A DNA stretch of 64,000 nt, taken from NCBI GenBank assembly GCA_963665095.1, contig OY762069.1, positions 6,048,001 to 6,112,000 on the forward strand, written 5' to 3'. Position 1 is the stretch's first letter. Each line of letters opens with the position of its first letter. Made by a program: the position numbers and the translations under genes. Source of the stretch: an uncultured Desulfobacter sp. GTDB taxonomy: Bacteria > Desulfobacterota > Desulfobacteria > Desulfobacterales > Desulfobacteraceae. This document shows, piece after piece, positions 49,520 to 59,816 of this stretch. The notes beneath the pieces were generated by a model that was not told the origin of the DNA, ran no database searches, and saw only the letters and a program-made list of their open reading frames with translations.

Positions 49520-49548
49520 TTGACAGGTATGTTTACCTACTATACATT
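49520..49548 (+). promoter_or_regulatory. marR promoter with overlapping operator
   Basis: TTGACA -17- TACATT; TATGTTTACCTACTATACATT matches the reverse complement of 50049-50069 at 18/21. Confidence 0.7.
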
Positions 49549-49554
49549 TTGTGC

Positions 49555-50034
49555 ATGAATAAACGAATCCAGAATTTAACGGCCATGGAAAAACGAACCC
49601 AGCAACTGGTGAATACCCTTGTCCGGGTGGTGAACAAAGCAGTGGCAAACGAGAAAAAACCCCGACATTTCGGTGTTCCCGAGCTGATGCATGCATCAGA
49701 GATTCATATGGTGATGCATATCGGGGACAACCACGGCGTACATATATCGGAACTTGCAAGACTTTGCGGCATCACCCGGGGCGCGGTCTCCCAGCTGGTG
49801 GCCAAACTGGAGAAAAAGGGACTGGTGGCCAAGACGGAAGATCCGCAGAACAGCCTGAAGACCGTCCCCATGCTCACTAATAAAGGGAAAGTGGCCTACT
49901 TTGCCCATGCTCAGCACCATGAGGAGATGGACCGGGATCTGTTCGAGTTTATCAACCGCCTGGATGAAGACCAGTTCTCTTTAATTGAAGATTTTTTAAA
50001 CCATCTGGAGAAGATGGCGGACCGGCGAAAATAG
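49555..50034 (+). CDS. MarR-family transcriptional regulator
   Basis: SEIH..ISELARLCGITRGAVSQLVAKLEKKGLV..LTNKG. Confidence 0.93.
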   Translation: MNKRIQNLTAMEKRTQQLVNTLVRVVNKAVANEKKPRHFGVPELMHASEIHMVMHIGDNHGVHISELARLCGITRGAVSQLVAKLEKKGLVAKTEDPQNSLKTVPMLTNKGKVAYFAHAQHHEEMDRDLFEFINRLDEDQFSLIEDFLNHLEKMADRRK

Positions 50035-50048
50035 TTTTTTTTGTCATA

Positions 50049-50069
50049 AATGTATAGCAACTAAACATA
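50049..50069. promoter_or_regulatory. Second putative MarR operator upstream of MMPL gene
   Basis: Imperfect palindrome ATGTATAG-CAA-CTAAACAT. Confidence 0.65.
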
Positions 50070-50086
50070 AGAGAGAGGGTTTTAAA

Positions 50087-52528
50087 ATGAGACACCGCAT
50101 AGAAGCCTGGTTTGAAACACTTGCAGGCATGATCCATGACAGATCTTTGGTGTTTATTCTGGTCAGCATACTGGTGGCCGCAGGATTAGGCTCCCAGGCG
50201 CCCAAGCTGCGCATAGATACCAGTAATGAGAGTTTTTTCCACCATACCGACCCGGTTCTCACGGTCTACAACGACTTCAAGGCACAGTTCGGATCTGATG
50301 AACTGGTCATTGTGGCGGTTGAGTGCCCTGATATCTTTGACCGGAACTTTCTGCAGCGCCTGACCAAACTGCACAAAGACCTGGCCGACAACGTGCCCCA
50401 CCTTGCCGATATCACCTCCCTGGTCAATGCCCGCAATACCCGGGGTGAAGCCGATGCCCTTATTGTGGAGGACCTTCTGGCGCATTTTCCCCGGAATGAT
50501 GCCGAACTCGCGGCGTTGAAAGACCGGGCCATGTCCAATCCCTTATATATACACCGGTTGATCTCCCCGGATGCAAAAATGACCTGCATTGTCCTTGAGA
50601 CTGAGCTTGCCGACACCGGGGCACCGGACGATGTCCTGGCAGGGTTTGATGACTCAACAAAAGCAGCAGCGCCATCGTCCGGGAAAACCAAAAATGAAAT
50701 TGCCGAAACCGTTGTCAATACGGTCCAACAGATTACCGACACCTATGACAGCAAAGACTTCCGCATTGGGCTTGCCGGTATTCCCGTGGTTCTTAAGGTC
50801 CAGAAAGAGGCTATGATCAAGGATATGGGCAGATTTCTGATGCTGGCGGTTCTGACCATCGGCATCTGTCTTTTTTTCATGTTCCGCCGCCTGTCCGGGG
50901 TGTTCCTGCCCATTCTGGTGGTCCTGCTTTCCCTTGTTTCCACTCTGGGACTCATGGGGATGTCCAATGTTCCCTTTACCCTGCCCACCATGATCCTGCC
51001 ATCCTTTCTGCTGGCTGTTGGGGTAGGTGCGGCTGTCCATATTCTCTCACTGGTTTTCCGGCGCATGGGGCATGGTGAAGATAAGCGTACTGCCATCATT
51101 TACGCCCTGGGTCATTCCGGTATCGCCATTATGACCACCAGTGTCACCACGGCCATCGGCCTTGCCTCCTTTGCCACCACGGCCCTTGCCCCGGTATCGG
51201 CTTTGGGCATTTTCGGCAGTGCAGGGGTGCTTTTAAGCCTGTTCTACACCATCCTGCTGACCCCGGCGCTTCTGGCCGTTTTTCCCATAAAACAAAAAGT
51301 CGGCAAACCTTCAGCCGGTCGCAGCAATGACCGGTTCGACCATATCATGGACAAGGTCACTGAACTTGTGTCCCGCCGGCCTAAAACCATTGTGGTGATC
51401 ACGGTGTTACTGATGGTCGCCGGCTTAGGCAGTGCATTTCGCCTGCAGTTTTCCCACCATGTGCTTCACTGGCAGCCCGAATCCTGGGAGAGCCGCAGGG
51501 CCACTGAACGTATCGACAAAGTCATGGGCGGTACGGTCAACCTTGAAATCGTGGTGGACACAGGAAAAGAAAACGGACTGTACGACCCTGACATTCTCAC
51601 GGGCCTGGACCGGCTTGCCGGGGAATTAAAAGCCTTTGATGACGGAAAGGTAAAGGTGGCCAATGCCACCAGCGTGGCCGACATCCTTAAAGAGATCCAC
51701 CAGGCCTTAAACGAAAACAACCCTGAATTTTATAGGATTCCGGATAATGCAGACCTGATTCCCCAGGAGTTCCTGCTTTTTGAAAATTCAGGGTCTGATG
51801 ATCTTGAAAAGGTGATTGACGCCGCTTTCCAGAAGGCACGCTTTACCATCCAGGTGCCCTGGAAGGATATTTTCTACTACACGGGGCTGCTTAAAACCAT
51901 ACAAACCGAATTCCAAACCACCTTTGAAAACCGGGCAACTGTTACCACCACAGGGCTTTTGCAGCTCTTTGTCCATACGGTAAAGGCAGCCACCAGATCC
52001 ATGGCCCAGGGGTATGTCACCGCAGCCGTACTGATCACCGTGATGATGATCCTGCTGGTGGGCGGATTTCGCATGGGTCTTGTCTCCATGATCCCCAACC
52101 TGTCTCCGGTAATTTTTGTCATGGGACTGATGTACTGGTTCAAGCTGCCCTTGGATACCTACACCATGATGATCGGCACCATCTCCCTGGGACTTGCCGT
52201 GGACGATACGGTTCATTTTCTGAACGGGTTCAGACGATACATGGGGCATGGCCTTGATGCCCGGGAGGCTGTGCGCCAGACCCTTCGTACCTCGGGCCGG
52301 GCCATGCTCATCACCACGGTGGTGCTGGCGTTGGGTTTTATCACATTTATCTTTGCGTCCATGCTCAATATTCAGCGCTTCGGTTTTTTGACGGGCGTTA
52401 CCCTGATCCTGGCACTTTTAGCAGATTTTCTGTCCGTGCCCGCGCTGATGATGCTCCTGTACCCTGAAAGAGAGGTGGCAAGTCAGTCTATTTCCATATC
52501 ACAAAAATTAGAAGGAGAGATTTCATGA
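50087..52528 (+). CDS. MMPL/RND-superfamily transporter
   Basis: Two hydrophobic halves; ISLGLAVDDTVHFL, SGRAMLITT. Confidence 0.92.
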   Translation: MRHRIEAWFETLAGMIHDRSLVFILVSILVAAGLGSQAPKLRIDTSNESFFHHTDPVLTVYNDFKAQFGSDELVIVAVECPDIFDRNFLQRLTKLHKDLADNVPHLADITSLVNARNTRGEADALIVEDLLAHFPRNDAELAALKDRAMSNPLYIHRLISPDAKMTCIVLETELADTGAPDDVLAGFDDSTKAAAPSSGKTKNEIAETVVNTVQQITDTYDSKDFRIGLAGIPVVLKVQKEAMIKDMGRFLMLAVLTIGICLFFMFRRLSGVFLPILVVLLSLVSTLGLMGMSNVPFTLPTMILPSFLLAVGVGAAVHILSLVFRRMGHGEDKRTAIIYALGHSGIAIMTTSVTTAIGLASFATTALAPVSALGIFGSAGVLLSLFYTILLTPALLAVFPIKQKVGKPSAGRSNDRFDHIMDKVTELVSRRPKTIVVITVLLMVAGLGSAFRLQFSHHVLHWQPESWESRRATERIDKVMGGTVNLEIVVDTGKENGLYDPDILTGLDRLAGELKAFDDGKVKVANATSVADILKEIHQALNENNPEFYRIPDNADLIPQEFLLFENSGSDDLEKVIDAAFQKARFTIQVPWKDIFYYTGLLKTIQTEFQTTFENRATVTTTGLLQLFVHTVKAATRSMAQGYVTAAVLITVMMILLVGGFRMGLVSMIPNLSPVIFVMGLMYWFKLPLDTYTMMIGTISLGLAVDDTVHFLNGFRRYMGHGLDAREAVRQTLRTSGRAMLITTVVLALGFITFIFASMLNIQRFGFLTGVTLILALLADFLSVPALMMLLYPEREVASQSISISQKLEGEIS

Positions 52529-53343
52529 AACAGATATCCACGCGTTTGACCTTACTTTTCACGACTGTGGCCGCTTTTTTGTTCCTTTTTTCACTGCCCT
52601 GCACGGCCGGTTCCCTGACAGCCCTCGAGATCATGCAAAAGGCCGATGCCCGGGATGACGGAGACAACATGACCTGCGACCGCACCATGGTCCTGATCGA
52701 CAAAAACGGGCACAAACGGAATCGGACCATGAAATCTTTCACCAAGGACAAGGGAGAGGACACGCTTAAGCTGATGTTTTTTACGGCCCCGACGGATGTG
52801 CGCGATACCGGTTTTCTGACCTGGGACTACCGGGAAGGAGATAAAGATGATGACCAGTGGCTGTATTTACCGGAACTTAAAAAAGTCAAACGTATTGCCT
52901 CTGCGGATAAATCCGGGGCCTTTATGGGGTCGGACTTTTCCTATGCGGACATGACCAAACGGGTGGTTGAGGAGTGGCGCTATAAACTGATAAAAACCGA
53001 TACTGTCAGAGATAAGGCGTGCTGGCTCATTGAGGCGGTACCTAAAAACGAGATCGTGAAAGAACGTTACGGCTATAAAAAGTCCGTCCTTTTTGTTCGA
53101 CAGGATATTTTCATGGTGTGCCGTGCTGTCCACTGGCTGGATGAGGGAAATAAGATCAAGTACGTGGATCTGCCGGATATCCGGGAGATTGACGGCATAT
53201 GGACTGCCATGGAGATTACGGCCAAAACCGTTCGCAACGGCAAGACCCTGCACCGCACTGTTTTTGGCTCTGGGAATGTTAAGTACGGACAGGATATTGA
53301 AGAGAATATGTTTACAACCAGGCAGCTTGAAAAGGGCATTTAG
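52525..53343 (+). CDS. Outer-membrane lipoprotein-sorting (LolA-like) protein
   Basis: DDQWLYLPELKKVKRI, FMGSDFSYAD. Confidence 0.9.
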   Translation: MKQISTRLTLLFTTVAAFLFLFSLPCTAGSLTALEIMQKADARDDGDNMTCDRTMVLIDKNGHKRNRTMKSFTKDKGEDTLKLMFFTAPTDVRDTGFLTWDYREGDKDDDQWLYLPELKKVKRIASADKSGAFMGSDFSYADMTKRVVEEWRYKLIKTDTVRDKACWLIEAVPKNEIVKERYGYKKSVLFVRQDIFMVCRAVHWLDEGNKIKYVDLPDIREIDGIWTAMEITAKTVRNGKTLHRTVFGSGNVKYGQDIEENMFTTRQLEKGI

Positions 53344-53344
53344 G

Positions 53345-53466
53345 GTTTGAACGACAATTCACCTATCTGCCGCGTTGCTGCAACAATCTGCAATCCTTAC
53401 AACCATAAGGTTGCTCCGGTTGCAGATTGTCTTGCGCCTTGCATATGTGCAAATTCTCGTCCAAAC
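53345..53466. repeat. 122-bp REP/MITE-like palindromic element
   Basis: Terminal IR GTTTGAACGACAATT / AATTCTCGTCCAAAC (13/15) and internal IR ACAATCTGCAA / TTGCAGATTGT. Confidence 0.65.
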
Positions 53467-53527
53467 ATCGAACTTGGGAATTGTTTTTCTTTACGCAAAA
53501 GTGCTGCTACAAAAATGGTGAATCATT

Positions 53528-54976
53528 ATGATAAAAAATCAGAACAATCAGATGCGATTTATATTTGGTGTCCTGTTGTTCCTGCTGTTTATCGCACTGC
53601 ACGGCCCGGTTCAGGCAGATGCGCTTGACCAGGTGCTGGAAGGGTTTGATGCCACTGAATCTGACACCACGGACCATAGAGATACGCTGGGGGATGTGCT
53701 GGAAGGGTTTGAGGTGCCTGAAGACCGGGTGTCCTCTGATGAGGCAGATTCCTCCTCCCAAAGCCCGGTTCATTTGAGCGGGGCTGCCGGCTTGGCCGGG
53801 GCCGTGAACCTGGTTTCCCATCAGCGGCCAAAAGGGAGTGAAAACCGGCAGGGCCTGGCCAAACTTCGGGGAGAGCTGGACCTGACCTGTGATCTTACCC
53901 TTGGTCGCACCTGGCGGGCCAGGGCCACAGGCACCGCTTTTTATGATGCTGCCTTTCGTCTCAACGGCAGGGACAACTACACCGAACAAACCCTGGATCA
54001 GTATGAGCATGAAGGGGAACTCGGGGAAACCTGGCTTCAGGGCAGCCTCCTGTCCGGCCTGGACATCAGGGTCGGACGCCAGATCGTGGTCTGGGGGAAA
54101 TCCGACAATATCCGGGTGACCGACATTCTTAACCCAATGGATAAAAGGGAGCCTGGCATGACCGATATTGAGGATCTTAGGCTGCCCGTGACCATGACAC
54201 GTCTGGACTACAGTCTGGGGCAATGGGTCGTTACAGGCATTGCCGTCCATGAAATCAGATTTGACAAGTGGCCGGTCTTTGGCAGCGACTATTATACCTC
54301 AGACACAATCCTGCCCGAAGAAGAGACGCAGAAGAGCTCTTTTGACAACCAGGAACTGGGACTGAGTATCGCAGGGACATTCAGCAGCTGGGAAACCGCC
54401 TTTTACTGGGCCCGCCTCTTTGACGATACAAGTCATATGGAATTGGTATCAGACGGAACCTGTAAACGTCTCCATGCCCGGATTACCATGCTGGGCACCG
54501 CTGTCAGCCTTGCCCGGGGCAACTGGCTGTATAAGGCCGAAGCTGCCCTGCTGGACGGCCTAAAATTCGCAGCCCTGCCCGGCCAGGACAAAACGCGCCT
54601 GGATGTCCTGGCCGGCATTGATTACTCAGGTTTCACCAACACCACTATCACCCTGGAGGCAGCCAACCGCCATCTGTTTGGATTTCAGGATAGTATGGCC
54701 CAATCCCCGGATTATGCCCGGGAAGACGAATTCCAGTGGGCCTTTCGCATCAGCCGTAATTTTCTGCATGACCGGCTGGAAACGGTGCTTCTTGTCCAGA
54801 GCTACGAGCCTCTGGGGCAGGGCGGGGCTCTGGAACGGCTGATGTGTATCTATGATCTGACAGATCACTGGGAAGCGACCATGGGGGTCGTTCTTTATCA
54901 GTCGGGTGACAAACCGGCATTTAAGGATTTAAACGAGTGCAACCGGCTATTCTTTAGCGTGCACTACTCATTTTGA
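53528..54976 (+). CDS. DUF1302-like outer-membrane protein
   Basis: Signal peptide, VGRQIVVWGKSD..DILNP, terminal YSF; usual partner of MMPL-LolA-like genes. Confidence 0.8.
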   Translation: MIKNQNNQMRFIFGVLLFLLFIALHGPVQADALDQVLEGFDATESDTTDHRDTLGDVLEGFEVPEDRVSSDEADSSSQSPVHLSGAAGLAGAVNLVSHQRPKGSENRQGLAKLRGELDLTCDLTLGRTWRARATGTAFYDAAFRLNGRDNYTEQTLDQYEHEGELGETWLQGSLLSGLDIRVGRQIVVWGKSDNIRVTDILNPMDKREPGMTDIEDLRLPVTMTRLDYSLGQWVVTGIAVHEIRFDKWPVFGSDYYTSDTILPEEETQKSSFDNQELGLSIAGTFSSWETAFYWARLFDDTSHMELVSDGTCKRLHARITMLGTAVSLARGNWLYKAEAALLDGLKFAALPGQDKTRLDVLAGIDYSGFTNTTITLEAANRHLFGFQDSMAQSPDYAREDEFQWAFRISRNFLHDRLETVLLVQSYEPLGQGGALERLMCIYDLTDHWEATMGVVLYQSGDKPAFKDLNECNRLFFSVHYSF

Positions 54977-55118
54977 AATAAGGAGATGATGACCAGCCTT
55001 GGAATCAAGGTTTACCGTATTGATAAAAAATATCCGTACATGGCCATTACCATTCAGAAATAAACCAAATACAGTTTTGGGAATAACAGAAAGAAGGGTC
55101 AAAAAAATTGAAATTGCC

Positions 55119-56657
55119 TTACTCGCTGAACGCCATGTCATAAAAGTAAAGGTACGTGTCAGCCCTGGGCGACATGACAACGTTTTTTTGGGTGGCATAC
55201 AGATCCACCTGGTAATGAAGCGGAATGATGCACTGATCCTCGATCAGGCTTTTATGCATGGCATTGATCAGTACCTGTTCCCGTTTTTTTTCATCAAATA
55301 TCATGGCGGAATCCTCAATAAGCTGGTCCACCTCGGGATTGGCGTAGCGGCCGCCGTTGTACGCGCCATAACCTCTTTCATCGTCAAAGGCGTGCAACGT
55401 CGCATCCAGAAATCCTGAACCGTCCCCGTCGCTGCAGGCCCAGCCCAGCAGATAAAATGAGGTGTCGGCATTGAGAACTTTTGGGAAAAATTGCGCTTTG
55501 GGCATAGCATTGACTTCTACGGTGATTCCGATTTTGGACAGGCACAGTGCCACTGCCTGGGCAATTTTTTCATCGTTTATATACCTGTCATTGGGAGAAT
55601 CCAGCACCACTGTGAATCCGTTTTTAAAACCTGCCTGGGCAAGCAGTGCTTTTGCTTTTTCAAGATCGTAGGCCGGTCGCGTTACAGAAGGATCATTGCC
55701 GTTTACAGGTACCGGATAGAACTGTCCGGCCGGCTGGGCAAACCCGCTCATAACCCTTTTGATGATCAATGCTTCGTTGATCCCGTAATAAAGGGCCTTT
55801 CTTACCCTGACATCTTTGAATGGATTGGCGTTAATTCCCTTAATATAAGGACTTTTTCCCCGGGACTGATCCATCTGAAGAAAGATTAATCGTAAACCCG
55901 GTCGGGTAGAAAATGTTAAATTTTCATTGGCTTTTATATGAAAAACCTCTGTTGCAGGAATCCGGGTGGCCAGGTCCACATAATTTGACAATATGGCTAA
56001 GGCTCGGAGTTTATCATCTGGATAGGGGAAGACCTGAACCTTTTCAATGGCGGGTTTTCCCCGAAAGTAGTTGTTGTTGGCTTTCAGGCGCAGCACCTTG
56101 CCCGGATACCAGCTCTCAAGCTGATAGGGCCCTGTGCCCACAGGTATCTGGCCAAGTTCCTGATCAGAAAGAAATTCCGAATACTCCTGGTCCATGATTC
56201 TTACAGCACTCAGTTTTCTGAGCAGGATCGGGTAAGGACCTCTGGTAATAATGTTCACGGTATAGTCATCTATCTTTTCAATCCGTTTAATGGCCGTCAC
56301 CACACTTTTAAACCGTGATGTTTTATTATTTTTCGCACGCCCAAAACTCCAGACCACATCATCTGCCGTAAAGGGATTTCCATTGTGAAACCGGACATTT
56401 TTCTGCAGGGTGAATTGCCAGGTCACATTGTCGAGCTGCTTCCAGGATTTGGCCAGGACCGGATAGGGATTAAGATCTTTGTCAAAATTCAACAGCCCGT
56501 CAAATATATTGTAGTTAATACTGTTGGTGGGTGATTCATTATGGAAGTACGGATCCAAAGACACCACGGGGGAATCTGTGGCCACCTTGAGAGTGGCTGT
56601 GGTTCCGGCGGAAGGAATGAAAACAAATAGAAGAAAAAGAAAGAACGGCTTTTTCAT
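55119..56657 (-). CDS. Peptide/nickel ABC substrate-binding protein (SBP family 5)
   Basis: SLDP, RFHNGNPFTADDV, PVGTGPY, NPFKDVRVRKA. Confidence 0.93.
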   Translation of the reverse strand: MKKPFFLFLLFVFIPSAGTTATLKVATDSPVVSLDPYFHNESPTNSINYNIFDGLLNFDKDLNPYPVLAKSWKQLDNVTWQFTLQKNVRFHNGNPFTADDVVWSFGRAKNNKTSRFKSVVTAIKRIEKIDDYTVNIITRGPYPILLRKLSAVRIMDQEYSEFLSDQELGQIPVGTGPYQLESWYPGKVLRLKANNNYFRGKPAIEKVQVFPYPDDKLRALAILSNYVDLATRIPATEVFHIKANENLTFSTRPGLRLIFLQMDQSRGKSPYIKGINANPFKDVRVRKALYYGINEALIIKRVMSGFAQPAGQFYPVPVNGNDPSVTRPAYDLEKAKALLAQAGFKNGFTVVLDSPNDRYINDEKIAQAVALCLSKIGITVEVNAMPKAQFFPKVLNADTSFYLLGWACSDGDGSGFLDATLHAFDDERGYGAYNGGRYANPEVDQLIEDSAMIFDEKKREQVLINAMHKSLIEDQCIIPLHYQVDLYATQKNVVMSPRADTYLYFYDMAFSE

Positions 56658-56907
56658 GATTAAATCCCGTTTAAACTTATGCTGCTGTGGAAGATAGTTT
56701 TTATTTCGGTGAAATGAACCCGAAAATTTTAATTTAATGATTCACAATATATACATGAATATCGATTACTTTCATATGAAAATATCGGTACAGGCAAAGG
56801 CCTGTTTGTGTCTGGCTGAACGAATTAAAAAATCCCTTGATTTTTTACTTTCGTCAAACAAGGTATAGTAATACTTAACCTTTCTTCTGCAAAGGAGCGT
56901 ATGCTAC

Positions 56908-57401
56908 ATGAAAGAGATCCGATTGCACGGCCGTGGCGGGCAGGGTTCGCTCATCGCATCAAAAATCCTGGCTGTGGCTGCATTTGAAGAAGGCAGCCGG
57001 GTGCAGTCCTTTCCCAAATTCGGGGTTGAGCCAAGAGGGGACCTGTTGAAGCGTTCCTGCAAATCGCAAAGGATAAAATCCTGGGTCGAAGCGAAGTAAC
57101 CACCCCCGTCAATACGGCGATCTGCGGGGACTTTGCAAACAGTTCCTGCCTATTGGGTATTGACGCGGCCGAACGGAACGAAGACATCATTTATATCTGC
57201 TATGACAACGAGGCCTATATGAACACCGGGGTCCAGCGCTCTTCTGCTACTCCGGAGCTGGCCTGGACCACCACCACGCCGGTGGAAACCTATCTCTATC
57301 CCCGGGGAAGGTTCCGCCACCGGACCGATACCGATTATGGTGAGATTCAGAAAAAAGTAGACCATGAGTGGGATTACCTGAACAGGTTGTCAAAGATGTA
57401 A
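56908..57401 (+). pseudogene. Collapsed remnant of a 2-oxoacid:ferredoxin oxidoreductase operon (gamma start + beta fragments)
   Basis: [18 protein letters not shown] (gamma N-terminus); [18 protein letters not shown] and GRFRH (beta). Confidence 0.85.
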
Positions 57402-57584
57402 GTCCGGTTGATACAGCATGTGTAATTATAAAAATTATATTGACGCCTAAAAGCGACATTAGTAAGTGTTGGCCTTGAGTTATTAACCAACACTTTGGAG
57501 ACGTCAGGGGTTGGTGCTGCTCATGGCCCTGAAATGGCTGGCGCCAGGCAAAAAACGCTGATCTGCTGAAAAGGAGAAAACCCC

Positions 57585-58001
57585 ATGTGCCATCTGCTTA
57601 TGAGCAACATCCGGTCACAGTTTGTTATGGTTGACCACCTCGAAATCCAAAAAGGAGAGCTGTTGGTACTCATTGGTCCCTCCGGGGCCGGTAAATTCTC
57701 CCTGTTAAACATGCTGGCCGGATTTCTTCCCCATACCGGAGACATTTTACTGGACAACCGCCCCATCCAGCACCTGCCACCCCACCAGCGGCAGATCGGA
57801 TACCTGTTCCAGGATCTGTACCTGTTTCCCCACATGACGGTTTACCAGAATCTGAAAATTGCCCTGCAGGCCTTAAAGAGGATTTTCTTCCAGGACCGCA
57901 GGCCGTCTCCCCTTTGGTTCAGATTCCGGCACTTGTCTGATGCTGACCTGAAGCAGATCCAGCATAAGATGGCCATGGATGTATCTACCTTTGCTGTCTG
58001 A
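57585..58001 (+). pseudogene. Truncated ABC ATP-binding protein (PotA/ModC-like)
   Basis: Degenerate Walker A GPSGAGKF, RQIGYLFQD..LFPHMTV; no signature or Walker B. Confidence 0.8.
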
Positions 58002-58289
58002 AATGAAAAACCGAACAGCACAGCATCAAGCGGACTTATCGTTGATTGACATGGAATTAATCCACCGATATAGTGACAGTTATCTCAACTGTTCCTTTTT
58101 GTTAAAAGCCATCATAAAATAATCTTTCGGCCCAACTTTCTCATTGGATGAAAATCTTTATTTTGTGATAGCTTCTGTATAAAAATTTTAGCAGGCGGCT
58201 GAATCACTTTTTTTTGCCACAGGTTCCCACCAATTAAGGAAGCCAGGCGCTGTCTGCGGTGGATATGAACTGTAAAAGGGATATTTTTC

Positions 58290-59561
58290 ATGAAGAGGCT
58301 TACTTGTTTGATATTAGGCGTGGTAACCCTTGTACTTGTGGCCTGCCAGGGGGGATCGGGCGATGGTGACAGCAATACTTTCCAGAACCAGGCCCTCAAT
58401 AGCAGAATATCCAGTGTCCAGCCCATGACCGGCATTGTGTTCTGGGCAGACAACGAGAATGTGGATACCCCTGCCATCCAACTGGAATTCAGCTATATCG
58501 GATATAATGACGTCGTGGACGAAACTGAAGGGGAATATGACTGGTCCGGGGTTGAAAGTCTTCTTGATCAGGCGGCTTCCCGGGGGCATCAGGCCATTCT
58601 GCGCTTTTATTTTGTATATCCGGGTTTTGAAACCACCGTGCCGGGTTATATAAAAGCTATGTCCGGTTATTCGGAAACAAAAGGGACCAGTGAGGGCCAG
58701 GAGACCTGGTTCCCCGACTGGGACCATGAATCATTACAGGCGTTTGTTCTTGAATTTTATACCCGGCTCTCCCTTCAATACGATGATGATCCCCGTATTG
58801 CATTCCTGCAGACCGGATTCGGGTTGTGGGGGGAGTATCACATATATGACGGGCCTTTCACCCTGGGGCAGACCTTTCCGGACAAAGTGTTTCAAACCCG
58901 GTTCATAGAGCATATGGCAGGGGTCTTCAGCGCGTTGCACTGGAGTATTTCCATTGATGCCGCAGACAGTACTTACAGTCCCTTTGAGGGTGACACGGAG
59001 TTGACCGGACTTGGTTTTGGTTTGTTTGATGATTCCTTTATGTGTGAGGACCACGATGACTACAATACCGACTGCTGGAACTTTTTTGACCGCAGCCGCT
59101 ACCTGACTGCCCCTGCAGGGGGTGAGTTCAGTTATTATACCGATTATGACCAGGCGCATGTACTGGATAGTGACGGAATATACGGCACCACCTTTGAGGC
59201 TGAAGCCGCTGATTTTCACATCAGCTACATGATTGGAAACGATCAGCTCTCTTACCAGACCCTGGACCGGATTGAGCAGGCAGGAATGGCCACCGGGTAT
59301 GCCTTCCGGATTACCAGATTTCAGACCAAAGATGATGCCGCAATCATTGACATAAAAAATACAGGGACGGCTCCCATTTATTACGATGCCTATGTGGCCG
59401 TGAACGCTGTGCGTGCACCAGAGTCTTTAAAAGGCCTTGCCCCGGGCGACACCTTGACCTGCCATGTCGCATCCGGCGGGGATGACCCGGTTGTCACCAT
59501 AGCGTGCGACCGCCTGGTCAGCGGGCAAACCATTGGGTATGAAGCAAGCTTGAATCCTTAA
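58290..59561 (+). CDS. Lipoprotein with glycoside-hydrolase-like domain (DUF4832-like)
   Basis: Lipobox LVAC; GEYDWS, ILRF, GFGLWGEYH, GGEFSYY. Confidence 0.7.
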   Translation: MKRLTCLILGVVTLVLVACQGGSGDGDSNTFQNQALNSRISSVQPMTGIVFWADNENVDTPAIQLEFSYIGYNDVVDETEGEYDWSGVESLLDQAASRGHQAILRFYFVYPGFETTVPGYIKAMSGYSETKGTSEGQETWFPDWDHESLQAFVLEFYTRLSLQYDDDPRIAFLQTGFGLWGEYHIYDGPFTLGQTFPDKVFQTRFIEHMAGVFSALHWSISIDAADSTYSPFEGDTELTGLGFGLFDDSFMCEDHDDYNTDCWNFFDRSRYLTAPAGGEFSYYTDYDQAHVLDSDGIYGTTFEAEAADFHISYMIGNDQLSYQTLDRIEQAGMATGYAFRITRFQTKDDAAIIDIKNTGTAPIYYDAYVAVNAVRAPESLKGLAPGDTLTCHVASGGDDPVVTIACDRLVSGQTIGYEASLNP

Positions 59562-59816
59562 CCCAGATATTTCATGAAATATTTCCGGTTCAGTTGCAAG
59601 GTACAGGCCGGGAAGCAGCAGCTGCATGCCGCAACCGAATTTGTGTCTGAACTAAAACCCCGTGTTTGGTGCTTGGACGTGAAATTGGCTGTTTTCAAGG
59701 CCTGTTTAAATCGGTATAGTAAGTAATTTAATTCTGCGCCTGTTAAGCAGACCAGATGATGTTGAAAGGCTTGAAGTCAGGCCTGGACGTTGGTATTAGC
59801 AGTAAAGGAACTTCCA

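Noticed and set aside
57464..57495. AAGTGTTGG/CCAACACTT hairpin as a riboswitch
   Set aside because: A single 9-bp stem without a conserved riboswitch core; precedes only a pseudogene
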